Made by a program: the position numbers and the translations under genes. A stretch of 64,000 nt of DNA, from the NCBI RefSeq assembly GCF_036365525.1, contig NC_090401.1, forward strand, positions 55,438,868 through 55,502,867, in the 5' to 3' direction. Positions 25,581-38,079 of the stretch are shown here, in pieces (position 1 is the stretch's first letter; each line of letters begins with the position of its first letter). The DNA is from Heterodontus francisci (taxonomy: Eukaryota). The notes beneath the pieces were generated by a model. It was not told the origin of the DNA. It worked only from the letters and a program-made list of their open reading frames with translations, and did not search any database.

Positions 25581-26189
25581 TCAGTTATTCAATAATCAGC
25601 ACATTCACCTGTTTTTTTGGTACTAAGTTCCTATCTTGTAACGCGGATCTAAACGTGGGATCACAGAATGGCACAACAGAGAAACAGGTCTTTCAGCCTG
25701 TTGCTCCTGTACTGGTTTTTGGCTGGAGAAATTCCAAGCTATTTGCATTGCTCCTCTTTCCCTAAACCCTTCAAATGTTTGTCCATTTTTCCATTGAAAG
25801 ATGTAAGTCTCTGCCTCAACCATTCCCTCTGGAAAAGCATATCCAGCTCAGCGGGCCCCTGCATAAAGAAGTTTCTCCAAGTCTCTCTCCTCAACTCTAT
25901 GCTACTGTTTTACTCCGCATGGGCCACCTAACTCTCTGGCTCATTCCCTATACTATTTAATATTCCCCATTGTCCCTGAGGGAAAGAAATCTGCCATCCT
26001 TATCCGGTCTGGTCTATGCGTGACTCCAGTCCCACAGCAATGTGGTTGACTGTTAAGTGGCGTCAGAAATGGCCTCACAAGCCACTCAATTGTACCAAAA
26101 CTACTATGATTACTATTACTTCAAGGGCAATATGTGCTGTTGTTGCCAGTGACACCCATATCCAGTGAATGAATCAAAAATTATTCTTT

Positions 26190-27366
26190 CTCAAGCAACT
26201 GTTTGATTTCCTTTATCATCCTCCTCCAACGCCTCTCCACTGGCATCCAGCTGGGTGTGACTGCTCTCACCTGGTTCCATTCTTATCTATTTAATCGTAG
26301 CCAAATTATCACTTGCAATGGCTTCTCTTCCTGCTCCAGTACTGTTACCTTTGGTGCCCCCAAGGATCTATCCTTGGCCCCCTTCTATTTCTCATCTATA
26401 TGCTGCCCCTCAGGGGCATTATCCAAAAGCACAGCATTAGTTTTCACATGTATACTGACGACACCCAGCTCGACCTCACCACCACCTCTCTCGACCTCTA
26501 AATTATCAGATTGCTTGTCCGACATCCAGTACTGGATAAGCGAAATTTCCTCCAATTAAATATTGGGAAGACTGAAGATATTGTTTTCGGTCCCCACTCC
26601 AAACTCCGTTCCCTAGCTACCAACTCCATCCCTCTCCCTGGCAAAAGTCTGAAATTAAACCAGTCTGTTCGTAACCTTGGTGTCACATTTGACCCCGAGG
26701 TGACTTTCTGACCTGATATTCGCGCCATCACTAAGACTGCTTATTTCCATCTCCGTAACATCGTCTGACTTTGCCCCTGTCTCAGCTCATCTGCTTCTGA
26801 AACCCTTATTCCTGCCTTTGTTACCAATATGCTTGACTATTCCAACATACTCCTGGCTGGACTCCCACATTCTACCCTCCATAAACTTGAGGTCATCCAA
26901 AGCTCTGCAGCCCGTGTCTTAACTCGCAACAAGTCCATTCCCCTATCACCCCTGTGCTCGCTGACCTACATTGGCTCCCAGTCAAGCAATGTCTTGATTT
27001 TTAAATTCTCATCCTTGTTTTCAAACCCCTCCATGGCCTCACCCCTCCCTAGCTCTGTAATCTCCCCCAGCCCCACAACCTGCCAAGATATCTGTGCTCC
27101 TCTAATTCTGGCCTTTTAAGCACCCCAATTTTAATCGCTCCACCATTGGTGGCCATACCTTCAGTTGCCTAGGCCCCAAGTTCTGGAGTGCCCACACTAC
27201 ACCTCTCTGTCTCACTTTCATCCTTTGAGACGCTCCTTAAAACCTACCTGTTTGACCAAGCATTTGGTCATCTGACCTAATGTCTCCTATTGGGACTCAG
27301 TGGTATACTTTGTTTTACAATGCTGCTGTGAAGCAACTTGGAATGTTTTATTATGTAAATGGCACT
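26190..27366 (+). mobile_element. L2 LINE 3' portion (RT)
   Basis: [58 protein letters not shown]; tail continues after the LTR at 28405. Confidence 0.88.
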
Positions 27367-28404
27367 TGTTACGGGCAGGTGAGGAGGGGGTCACAGGCGC
27401 TCCTCTTGTCCTTCTTCTTATTTGACTGCAACAAGCTTTATTCCTTTTCAAACAGTGGTTGTACTTACCACCTCAGTGAGTGTTTTACATTTTACCTTTA
27501 ATGTGATCGTGAAAGAACCAATCGGACAGGTTTTCTTGAATTTAAACAAGAAAGAGGTGAGTTTATTATACTTAACAATCTAAAAACCGATCTAAAAAAA
27601 ATAAATTTACGTGGACACATTCACGCACACATTCACACGAGACTCTCACACACACAAACAGATTGCAGAGGGAAAAGTAGATTTTGTGGTTGGATTAGAG
27701 TCCAGAATAAATGGAAAGTCTGTGAAATTGGATGATTTTGTGGTCTTCGGGCTAAAGTTGTATTCTTGAAGTATTTGGCTGGTCAAAGTGCACTTTGTGA
27801 CTTGGCTCAAGGCTTTCTTGGGGGCAGACTTGTAGGTGGCTCTCTTCCCCTGGTCTCCATCTGGAGCAGTCTGTAGGTTTGGAGGGTCCATAGATGCAGA
27901 TGGGGTTCAAACCTGCGTTATCTGGAGAGAGAGAGAGGTACACAGCCTTTCTCCTGCTGCACAGTCTGAGTTACTGCCCATCTGTCTTTTTTCAAGGAAA
28001 CTTTTAGCTTTCACAGAGATGACAGACAGTCACATGACAGTCTCATTGTATTCACTGGAACCTTCTAATGATTTTCAAGATTCGGAATTAGCTCCCCAGG
28101 ATGCCAATATTTACACTTGGAGGGGGTTTGCTCTTTCAAAGTCAAAGTGTTAGGATTGCTTTGAATGCCATACTAATGAAGCAATCTTAGGTAATTCAAT
28201 CACGTTGAGCAAGCCATTGTTCTGGTTCCATGCTGCTCAGACCTCTGGAATGTGGAAATGTGTTTCAGATGCAAATTGTGGTGACCATCTTGGCTGCTAG
28301 TTTTTAAAAAATTAACTGCAGGATTTTTTCAATTAAAAGTTTAATGTAAGTTTCCAACTAATGAATTAATAATCCCTCATTTGGCATATTGTGTTTTCTT
28401 GACA
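27367..28404 (-). mobile_element. Solo LTR
   Basis: TGTTA...TGACA termini; 4-bp TSD CACT (27363-27366, 28405-28408); interrupts the L2 tail; terminus similar to the LTR ending at 32882. Confidence 0.75.
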
Positions 28405-28899
28405 CACTGTATAAATATAAGTTGTTCCTTTACACTCTATTGTAGTTACTGCATGTTGCAAGAAACATTCTCACTGCTTGCTGTAATTCAGATTGATGCA
28501 GCCTGAAACAGAACTTCCTGATTGTAACTGTAATTTGACCAAATTTATAAAAAATTTAGGTTGCACAATTTAATTGGCCATTAGGCATCCCCTGTTCCGT
28601 CATCCTCATGAAAATATTTGAGTTTTTTCTGTCTCATTGGCTGGTGGTGTGTGAACATTCACTTTGTACTTTTCACAACTATTAACTATTCTCTACAGTT
28701 TACAAATTTATATATAATGCACATATCATGGCAACATGCAGAGCTAATTCAAGGGGTTTGGGAATCTGGTACAACAGTGTTGGTCCAAAGGAAATTGCTG
28801 ACTAGTCACAGGTATGACTACGATAGCGCCATATTAGCATCATGCAACAATTTTAGTAGAGAACACCTTGCATGCACTCACACAATGCAGGTATAAAAA

Positions 28900-30060
28900 T
28901 CCAATGTACACCTGGTCAGCCTGCCATCTTTCACCCTTCATAAACTTAAGTTCGTCCAAAACTCTACTGTTTGTATCCTAACTCACACCAAGTCCCATTT
29001 GCCCATCTCACCTATGCTCACTGACATACATTGGGTCCGGGTTAAATAACAACTCAATTTTAAAATTTTCATCTCTGCAACCTCCACCAGCCCTACAACC
29101 TGTCGAGATCTCTGCATTCCTCCAATTTCGGCTTTTTGAGTACAAAGTGATTCTTGATAACGCAGCAGGCGGGATGTCATCCGACAGCGCCAACCTGCGC
29201 ACATGTGCAAACGGGCTGCTTCTCTCTGCGCGTACGCTGCGTTCCGCATTGCCAGGTCCGGTTGGCGCATGCGCAGAAGACGTCATCGCATAAGCGGGGA
29301 GGGAGCGGGGTGCGGGGTGAAGCGCGGGGGTGGGGGGGTTAAGAGCGGGGTGAGAGCGTTGTGTGGTCAGGGGAAGCGGGTGGGGTGTGGGAGGAAGAGA
29401 GGGGAGAGCGGGGTGTGGGGGGGGTGAAGCGGGGAGAGAGCGGCCGAAGACCTTGGTGACGACGGATGCGTTGTCCTCCCGCTTGCCTGCCCGCTCTCTC
29501 TGGCAATTCCCTCTCTCCGCCCCCTGCCCGCTCTCTCCGGTCATTCCCCCCTTCCCGCCCGCTCTCCTGCCCTTCCCACCGCCCCGCCCCCTCTCTCCAG
29601 CCATTCCTCGGCCAGCCGATCGCTCCGGCCATTGTGTGTTGCCATGTGTTTACGTTGTATTTGTGTGATTAGTTGAGCAGCGCCATCTTTAGTCCTGGCA
29701 ACTGCCTGAACGTCGCTGAATCTGACGTTTTAATTGAACAGGCTGCATTTGCACATGTGCCAGTGCAGCGCCACCAGGTGGCTGCGTTGTCAGCAAACGT
29801 AGCCTTTTGAGTATCCCCAATTTTAATCGCTCCACCATTGGCTTCCATGCTTCCAACTGCTTAGGCCCTAACCACTGGAATTCCCTCCCTAAACCTCTCT
29901 GCCTCTTTTTCCTCCTTTAAAGCTACCTCTTTGACCAAGCTTTTGGTCATCTGCCCTAATCATGTGGTTGAGTGTCAAATTGTATTTGATAACACTCCTG
30001 TGAAGCATCTTGGGATGTTTCATTACATTAAAGGTGCTATATTAATGCCAGTTGTTGTTG
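28900..30060 (+). mobile_element. L2 3' remnant split by a CpG-rich insertion
   Basis: L2 3' sequence breaks at 29142 and resumes near 29810. Confidence 0.65.
29143..29809. mobile_element. CpG-rich insertion with imperfect terminal inverted repeats (putative non-autonomous DNA transposon)
   Basis: TGATAACGCAGC / GCTGCGTTGTCA inverted near the ends; TTTTGAGTA on both sides; lies inside an L2 remnant. Confidence 0.55.
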
Positions 30061-30469
30061 TAAATGTACTTCACATGTATATTTACTTAACAATACTTGT
30101 GCCATTCAGTAGCCAAGGAAGTAAAGAATTCACAATGATCTAAAAATAATTAAACATTGCTTTTTGTTGCCATTTTATCAACAAATGCACAAAAAAGTTA
30201 AAGTATACATGAATATTAAGATCATATGCCCAACATCTGTGTCTATTACTTTTTTATCAATTGTAAATGCAATTAGCTACATCTGGATTTCATGGTACAT
30301 AGTACAGTGATCATATGATATTGAAATTTGCTGTTGCATTTTATTGTTAAAACTTCTAGTTCCCTCCCTGCTTGGTTCCCTCTCTCTGGTACTGGGTCCC
30401 TCACTTTAAAAAAAAAGTGCAATCTGGCATCAGCCTTTCACAGAGATGTATATCACAAGTTTGGAAAGT

Positions 30470-31330
30470 ATAAGAAATAAGAACAGGAGTAGACCATACG
30501 GTCCCTTGAGCCTGCTCTGCCATTCAATACAATCATGGCTGATCTTCTGTCTTAACTCCACTATCCCACCCACTCCTCATATCCCTTGATTCCCTGAGAC
30601 ACCAAAAATGCGTCCATCTCAGCCTTGAATACACTCAATGATGGAGCATCCACAATCCTCTGTGGGAGAGAATTCCAAAGATTCACAATCCATCGAGTGA
30701 AGAAATTTCTCATCTCAGTCTGAAATTATCGACCCCTTATCCGGAGTCTGTGCACCTCCATCTGCGTTCTAGCTTCCCCAGACAGGGGAAACAACCCTTT
30801 AAAGCCCCTTCAAAATCTTGTATGTTTCAATGAGATCACCTCTCAATCTTCTAAACCCCAGAGTATAGGCCCAATTTATTCAGCCTCTCATCACAGAGAC
30901 CAATCTAGTGAACCTTCATTGTAGGGCCTCCAGTGCAAGTATATCCTTCCTTAAATATGGAGACCAAAACTGCGCACAGTACTTCAGGTGTAGGCTCACC
31001 AAAGCCCTATGCAATTGCAGCAAGACATCCTTATTCTTGTACTCCAATCCCTTTGCAATAAAGGCCAACAAGCTTTTTGCCTTCTGAATGACTTGCTGTA
31101 CCTGCATGCTGACTTTGTGTTCCTTGTATGAGTACTCCCATGTCCCTCTGAACATCAGTTAGAAATGTCATCATGCCTTTTAAAAAACATTCTGCTTGGC
31201 TATTCTTACTACCAAAGTGAACTTCACACTTTCCCACATTATGCTCCATCCGCCACCTTGTTGCCCACTCAGCCTGCCTATATTTCTTTGTAGCCTCTGT
31301 ATCCACAAACTTACTTTCCCACCTAGCTTT
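30470..31330 (-). mobile_element. CR1 LINE 3' portion
   Basis: HLKYCAQFWSPYLRKDILALE; WRMEHNVGKCEVHFG. Confidence 0.8.
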
Positions 31331-31915
31331 ACTTCAAGAGAGACAGCTTGTGTGCACCCTTTGGTACTTTCACAGTTCTCGGCAGACACTGTAGATTGTA
31401 TTCCAATGGTGAATAATCTACATGTAATGGATTGGGTTGAAAATTCAGCATCACCAATAGACAAGGATGCATCTTATCACTAACAGCAGGATATGGTCAG
31501 TGATCCTCTCAGCAGTATTGCACATCACAGTTACACCATTTTTAGCAGCAACTCAGCAAGACATGATCAATTTGAATGGCCTGAACTCATTGTATTTAGA
31601 GACAGTCCATACCATTTAACCAAGATTCCCAGCTCTGGAAGAATTTCAGCTCTGCAACAGGTCCCAACAAGGCAGATAACTGGCTAATCACCAATAGTCA
31701 CTTGAGTGCTGCAGACATACAAGTATCAAATTACTGAGTCTGCCAAAAAAGATTGACTGGGTTTCACTTGTTGCAGCTACTTGACACCAAAACGCACCCC
31801 ACCCTCCCCTCATTCACCTTCAGCCCCAAAATGTTTGAATTCTTGCTCAGATAGAAAATACCAGAAACTCTTCAAGTGACATCACCACTACCCTGCCCAC
31901 TACTGCTGATGTATA

Positions 31916-32882
31916 TATTATGACGGTGCTTCTATATTTTTTGTTAAGTATTTTTTTGAGGACTCGTATTTTAGAGTTATGGACATTGTTTTATTTTGGA
32001 AAACTGAAAAGGATGCCATGGATGTTTTTTTCACTGGGGTTATTGAAAGAATACTAAGAGGACTTGGTTTGTAAACAACTCTTACTGGAAGTCACCTGTC
32101 TTCAGATAAATACCCAGCATGGGCTTTTTGACTTGGAGAAGATGTTTACAGAGAAGCGACAGATCAAGATTTATAGGGGTCAGGAGGCTTGACTGGAGAT
32201 GGTTTTTGGTTTCGCTTTGGACAGTTAGTTGGGGTTTGGAGTTTTAAAAATCAGCCATGAAAGCAGTCACTCCAGATCAGCCTTTTCCATCTCTTTGAAA
32301 ATGTCCTAGAAGCGAGTGTAAGAAATTAAGAAATTGATGCTGCATTCCTCCTGAAAAGCCTGCCAGAAACCAGTTACCATATTTCTTCTGGAAAGCCTGC
32401 CAAACCGATCTTCAATAGCGCCAGAAATGAACTGTTCCAGGAAGAGCCCAGTGACAGCCTTCTACACACATTTCGGGATGCCAAACCAAAAAAAAGGACA
32501 ACTGACATCTTTCCGTATCTTCTCTTATTTCCTTCAAGAATTAAGAAGTATTTGGCCATAGCGTTCTTTTCTGTCTTTTTTTGTAAGAGCGCTAAAGAAA
32601 AAAAAAAAATCTTTCTTTTTCAGTTAACCGATGTGTGTGCATCTGTGTGAGGGGATAAGATAAAAAGGGAACTTTCATATTTCACTGTTTATTAATGCTT
32701 TGCTTTGTGACTGATTAAGTCTTGTTTTATAATAAATTGATAATTGATCTGGTTGGTGTATTTTATTCTGCGATAAAGAGTAGACCGTATTGGTAACTGG
32801 GTAAACATTTAAATATATGTTGTGACCTGTGGAGAAGTGGAACTAGAAAAGACAGTGTACTCCTCCCACCTCAGTCGTAACA
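31916..32882 (+). mobile_element. Solo LTR (related to 27367-28404)
   Basis: Ends CCTCCCACCTCAGTCGTAACA; TATA on both flanks; AATAAA near 32731; left terminus degenerate (TA instead of TG). Confidence 0.6.
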
Positions 32883-32899
32883 TATACTATATCATAGTC

Positions 32900-33715
32900 A
32901 CAACTGCTCAGATACCGAAGCAGCCGGTGTTCAGATGCAGCAAGACCTGGACAATATCCAGGCTTGGGAATGATAAGTGGCAAGTAACATCTGTGTCACA
33001 CAAGTGCCAGGCAATCACCATCACCAACAAGAGAGAATCCAACCATCTCCCCTTGACACGTAATGGCATTACCATCACTGAATCACCCACTAACATCCTG
33101 GGGGTTACCTTTGACCAGAAACTGAACTGGACCAGCCACATAAATACTGTGGCTACAAGAATAGGTTAGAGGCTGGGAATTCTGCTGCGAGTAACTCACC
33201 TCCTGACTCCCCAATGCCTGACCACTATGTACAAGGCACAAGTCAGAAATATGATGGAGTACTCTCCACTTGCCTGGATGGGCGCAGCTCCAACACTCAG
33301 GACGCTCAACACCATCCAGGAAAAAGTAGCCCACTTGATTGGCATCCCATCCACCACCTTCAGTGTTCACTCCCTTAACCACCGATGCACAGTGACAGCA
33401 GTGTGTACCATCTACAAGATGCACTGCAGCAACTCAAGGCTCCATTGACAACACCTTCCAAACCCACGATCTCTACCAGCTAGGACGAGGGCAGCAGATG
33501 CAAGAACACCATCACCTGCAAGTTCCCTCCAAACCACACACCAGGTCAAAATCCTGGAACTCCCTTCCTACAGCACTGTGGGCATACATACACCCCAAGG
33601 ACTGCAGTGGTTCCAGAAGGCAGCTCACCACCATTTTCTCAAGGGCAATTAGTGATGGGCAATAAATGTTGGCCTAGCCAGCAATGCCTACATGCCATGA
33701 ACAAATTAAAAACAA
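32900..33715 (+). mobile_element. CR1/L2-group LINE 3' end
   Basis: ILGVTFDQKLNWTSHIN, YKAQVRNMMEYSPLAW; tail GGGCAATTAGTGATGGGCAATAAATG. Confidence 0.8.
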
Positions 33716-34946
33716 ACATGAATCCATAAATTGGACATGTAGAACTTCAGAAACCATTGCTCGTCTCTCTATAGCTCAGTGGTGGTAGGCACAAATTCTG
33801 GGCAAAAGGAGTCTAGGCTGGAGACCAAGCAAATTCCGACTGAAACTGTTGTCCAAAGACTGAGTGTTTTCATCTATAAGACAGGCATCTACATTCAGAC
33901 TAGAAGGTACGTGCAACATACCGGCCACCTTGGTGTTCTAGACATTCAAGTCTGATGTGACTATTTAACTGAAAGCTTAAATACCAGTTTTTTCAGCCGG
34001 CGCAGACCTCCTTCTGTGCCTTAACTTTTCTATGGTTCTACAAGTCCAATTCGTTTCTCGCCAGGCATCTACTCTCACTTCCCGGCAAGGCGAGATCAGA
34101 ACTATGAACTTGAATTTCCCACCCTGTCCCCATCCCAAGCTAAATCAGTAGTCTGGACTGGAGCAACCTTATTGATGCCACATACTGGGGTTTGAACCTA
34201 CAGCTTGCTTGGTTTGTGCAGCTCGGTACTATGTTGGGTAGGGTATTTAACCATTAACTTACTAGAGAAGCTCCGCTGCACTTAATACATCAAGATTTTT
34301 TTTTTTAAGATATAGAAAATTAATCAGGTGGAATATTCTACAAGGATAGTTTATGAAGCTAAAATAACAGTTTGGAAGTACATTTTTTTTTTCTTTTTTA
34401 AACTATAGGTTAGTCAATGTGCAACATCGAGTGAATCTCCTTTGCATACAACTGGCAATTAACCCAACAAGACATACTATCTTTTTTAGATCCAGCATAG
34501 TAAAAGATCAATACTGTAAAGAAAACTGACTGGAGCTCTAAATCTTTCAGCATTAAATAAGAAAGTCATTCTTTTAAAAAAAAAAGTGCCATATGGGAAC
34601 AACATTTGTTCCTGCATCTTAGCAGCATTTTAAGAATAATTTCATTTATAATTACTATAAGCAAACGCTGGTCAATTCACAGGTCATTTAAAAACCACTG
34701 GCATCTAATGATCAAAATCTCAAATGCATGTGTACATAACCAATATAGACAGTACATATTTTGTAGAGATTAAGACTCAATTGGTTATACACAAAGTTAA
34801 GAATGCATAAACATATTCACACCCTTAGTACATTGCATGGGCTGGCTTCAAAGCATTAAATAAGACAAGGTATTAAGATAGTGAACTTAAAATGAATTTT
34901 TATTCGATAATGCACAATTTACATCCAAGCACAATTACACAGTGCA

Positions 34947-34952
34947 TTTATT
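34947..34952 (-). terminator. ATP5IF1: Candidate ATP5IF1 polyadenylation signal
   Basis: AATAAA on minus, about 50 nt past the stop; a second one at 34899-34904. Confidence 0.5.
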
Positions 34953-35000
34953 AACTCCATGATTGAGATATGCAAAGACACGTTAGGAGCATTACAAATC

Positions 35001-35160
35001 CTAGTCGTCGTCGTCATCATCATCGTGATGTTTCAGCTTCTTGATCTGATGCTTGCGACGTTTAATCTCACCCTGTAAACGCTGTATTTCCTGTTCATGG
35101 TGATGTATCTCCTCTTGGTGATGCTTCCTGAGATTTTCAATCTGCTCCCTTTCCTTGTCC
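35001..35160 (-). CDS. ATP5IF1: Mitochondrial ATP synthase inhibitory factor 1, exon 3
   Basis: ttttgcag|(R)DKEREQIENLRKHHQEEIHHHEQEIQRLQGEIKRRKHQIKKLKHHDDDDDDD*; His-rich coiled coil. Confidence 0.95.
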
Positions 35161-36149
35161 CTGCAAAACAGAATTGCCTTGAATTGCCTGGTAGGGTGTT
35201 GTAGGAATATCGATGTATTGCTACATTACTTTTCACTTCCAAACAAAGACAAAACAGTAACAGACAGAATTAGTTCAAATCGTGATATTGAAAAGCCTTT
35301 TCCCCTCAATGATGCAGATAACATACATAGGCTCGTCATCACAGCAGGTGGTAGTGCAAGAGGAGCTTGCTGCAGTACAAAAAGGCAATATGTTGTTATA
35401 GAGATTGCATCAAATATTGTTTATAACAAAGCTATAGCTCAGGAAAAGTAATGATAGAAAGTAACAATATGTTGTGAAAAGGCACACGTATTCATCTGTT
35501 TGGCAATAGGTTTGAACAGGGTGGTCATAAAACATCAGATAGTGTTACATCCAGCATAAAGAAAATGATATAAAAGAAGAAATCGCATTATTACTTAGTT
35601 AGAAACAAAGAAACCTCTCGAGACCCAGTGTGTGAACAAACTTGGAGAAGCCTTCTTCACTTCATTAGATCCATAAATGCATAATTTAGACTAAGCTAAT
35701 GTGCACTACTCTGTATGGGTGTTTGGGATTAATATTTTGTCAGTAAGTGAATTATGACATTACTGTCTCTAGCTTTATGAACCAGCTGGGTAAAGAAATT
35801 ATCTAACAGGTGTTTTGAAACTCTAGGATTTGGACTATTTCTGCTCGTTTCAAGTCCCCTGCATGGAGTGTTTGAGCAATCTCAGTGGAATAGCAGCACC
35901 CCAAATTTGGCACTGTATTGGCAATCTCATTACTGGAATGGATTAGACAGAACTTCTTGCTCCATCTCAACTGACCTTTGGTGTGCTTGCTGACATTTAT
36001 TTTTGCTTCTATTTTTTGGCAAAGAAGCTGTTTTGTGTAGAGTTTGGTACAAAGGGGAAAGCAGTTTAAACATCCCAGAGCATAACAGTAACTGTCTATA
36101 GCAATGACCAATTTCTATAAAGCATGCATCTTTATCAGGACACTAACAT

Positions 36150-36494
36150 GCACAGTGGCGCAGTGGTTAGCACCGCAGCCTCACAGCTCCAGCGACCCGG
36201 GTTCAATTCCGGGTACTGCCTGTGTGGAGTTTGCAAGTTCTCCCTGTGTCTGCGTGGGTTTCCTCCGGGTGCTCCGGTTTCCTCCCACAAGCCAAAAGAC
36301 TTGCAGGTTGATAGGTAAATTGGCCATTATAAATTGCCCCTAGTGTAGGTAGGTGGTAGGGAAATATAGGGACAGGTGGGGATGTGGTAGGAATATGGGA
36401 TTAGTGTAGGATTAGTATAAATGGGTGGTTGATGGTCGGCACAGACTCAGTGGGCCGAAGGGCCTGTTTCAGTGCTGTATCTCTAAACTAAACT
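36150..36494 (+). mobile_element. HE1-like tRNA-derived V-SINE
   Basis: A box TGGCGCAGTGG, B box GGTTCAATTCC, V-domain GCGTGGGTTTCCTCCGGGTGCTCCGGTTTCCTCCCAC, CR1-like tail, (CTAAA)n. Confidence 0.85.
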
Positions 36495-37720
36495 CTCTAC
36501 CGGAATTGAAGTGCCAGATTAGAGCCATAACACAGAAGGAGGCTATTCAGCCCATCGAGTCCATGCCGGCTCTTGGTTGAGCAATCTAATCAGTCCCAGT
36601 CTCCCGCTCGATCCCTGTAGCCCTGTAAGTTTATTTCCCTCAAGTGCCAGATTTAATCAAGGATAGTTTAAAAAAAAAGACACCGCTTTTAACGAATTAA
36701 GATATGGTTTAAATTTTTAGGCTCTGTGGAAATTAGAAATAGTTGACAGTATTAATAAAGAGACAACAGGAATGCACTCTGCAGTCCAGGTACTTGCATG
36801 TCAAATGTAGAACTTATGATCCTGCAATTACTTATAAGGCTCAGGTTTGCCGCCATAAATGTTCAGGCACCCCACACCATGATATAGAGAAACAGAAATT
36901 GAAGATCTACTATGTTCTAGAACTATGAATGTGTGGCTTCAGGGACTTTACTTCGAAGAAATACTGCTTGGACCCAGATTCAAGTAATTTATTTTAAACA
37001 AGCCTATTTCATATGGGGCATGCCTTCAGCACTTGCATCACACGTTGCCCATTCTCCTTGGGCATATTAAACACATTTGAGCTCATCATATAACGAATAT
37101 GCTCAACAGACTATGATTACACATTTTAGAGTGGTGTGGCTGTTGACTGGAAACTGCCAGTGTCTTTGGCGCTTACATCAGAACTTCAGGGGGAATTACT
37201 GCCTGCTGTCTATAGGTTAACCTACACAGTATCGCACAACCTGGCTGCACTTCATTCATATGCACTACTCAAGTGTAAATGTACTCTATTAGGAAAAAAC
37301 TTATAGTAAGATAGCAAGTGATCATGCCCGGTTTAGGGCAGAAAGAATAACTGGTAAAGAGATGGAGAAATATTTCTACACGAGGTGAAAGGGCATGAAT
37401 CAGATAAATTCCAGTAAAAGGAACAAGATTTACATAACATTTGAAGCTTACAGGGCAGACAATAAAAATGAAATACAAGATAAAAATTTGGAAACCTAAA
37501 ACAAATTAAAATGAACAGCAAGTTCAGAAAAGTAGCAAAAAACAGTACAGAGGCTGACTATAAGTTTACATTAAACAAGAAATAAAGCTAAGGGAGTGGG
37601 TGGATATATAACAGCAAAGGAATGGCAAATATTAAATTAAGTCCTCGGTTTCAGATTGGGGGGGGGGGGGCGGCAATTGGACTGGGATGCTCAACAACTA
37701 ATGCACGCAAGAGTAGTAGG

Positions 37721-38079
37721 TTAGATTAGATTAGATTAGAGATACAGCACTGAAACAGGCCCTTCGGCCCACCGAGTCTGTGCCGAACATCAACCACCCA
37801 TTTATACTAATCCTACACTAATCCCGTATTCCTACCAAACATCCCCACCTGTCCCTATATTTCCCTACCACCTACCTATACTAGTGACAATTTATAATGG
37901 CCAATTTACCTATCAACCTGCAAGTCTTTTGGCTTGTGGGAGGAAACCGGAGCACCCGGAGAAAACCCACGCAGACACAGGGAGAACTTGCAAACTCCAC
38001 ACAGGCAGTACCCGGAATTGAACCCGGGTCCCTGGAGCTGTGAGGCTGCAGTGCTAACCACTGCGCCACTGTGCCGCCC
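37721..38079 (-). mobile_element. HE1-like tRNA-derived V-SINE, full length
   Basis: Reverse complement of the 36150 copy; (CTAAT)n tail. Confidence 0.85.

Noticed and set aside
29008-29672. ORFs up to 198 aa in the GC-rich block
   Set aside because: Arise from stop-poor G-rich and C-rich sequence; no domain or splice structure
36150-36215. tRNA-like sequences here and at 38010-38079, 46509 and 59495
   Set aside because: These are SINE heads that continue into SINE bodies, with no complete cloverleaf or terminator
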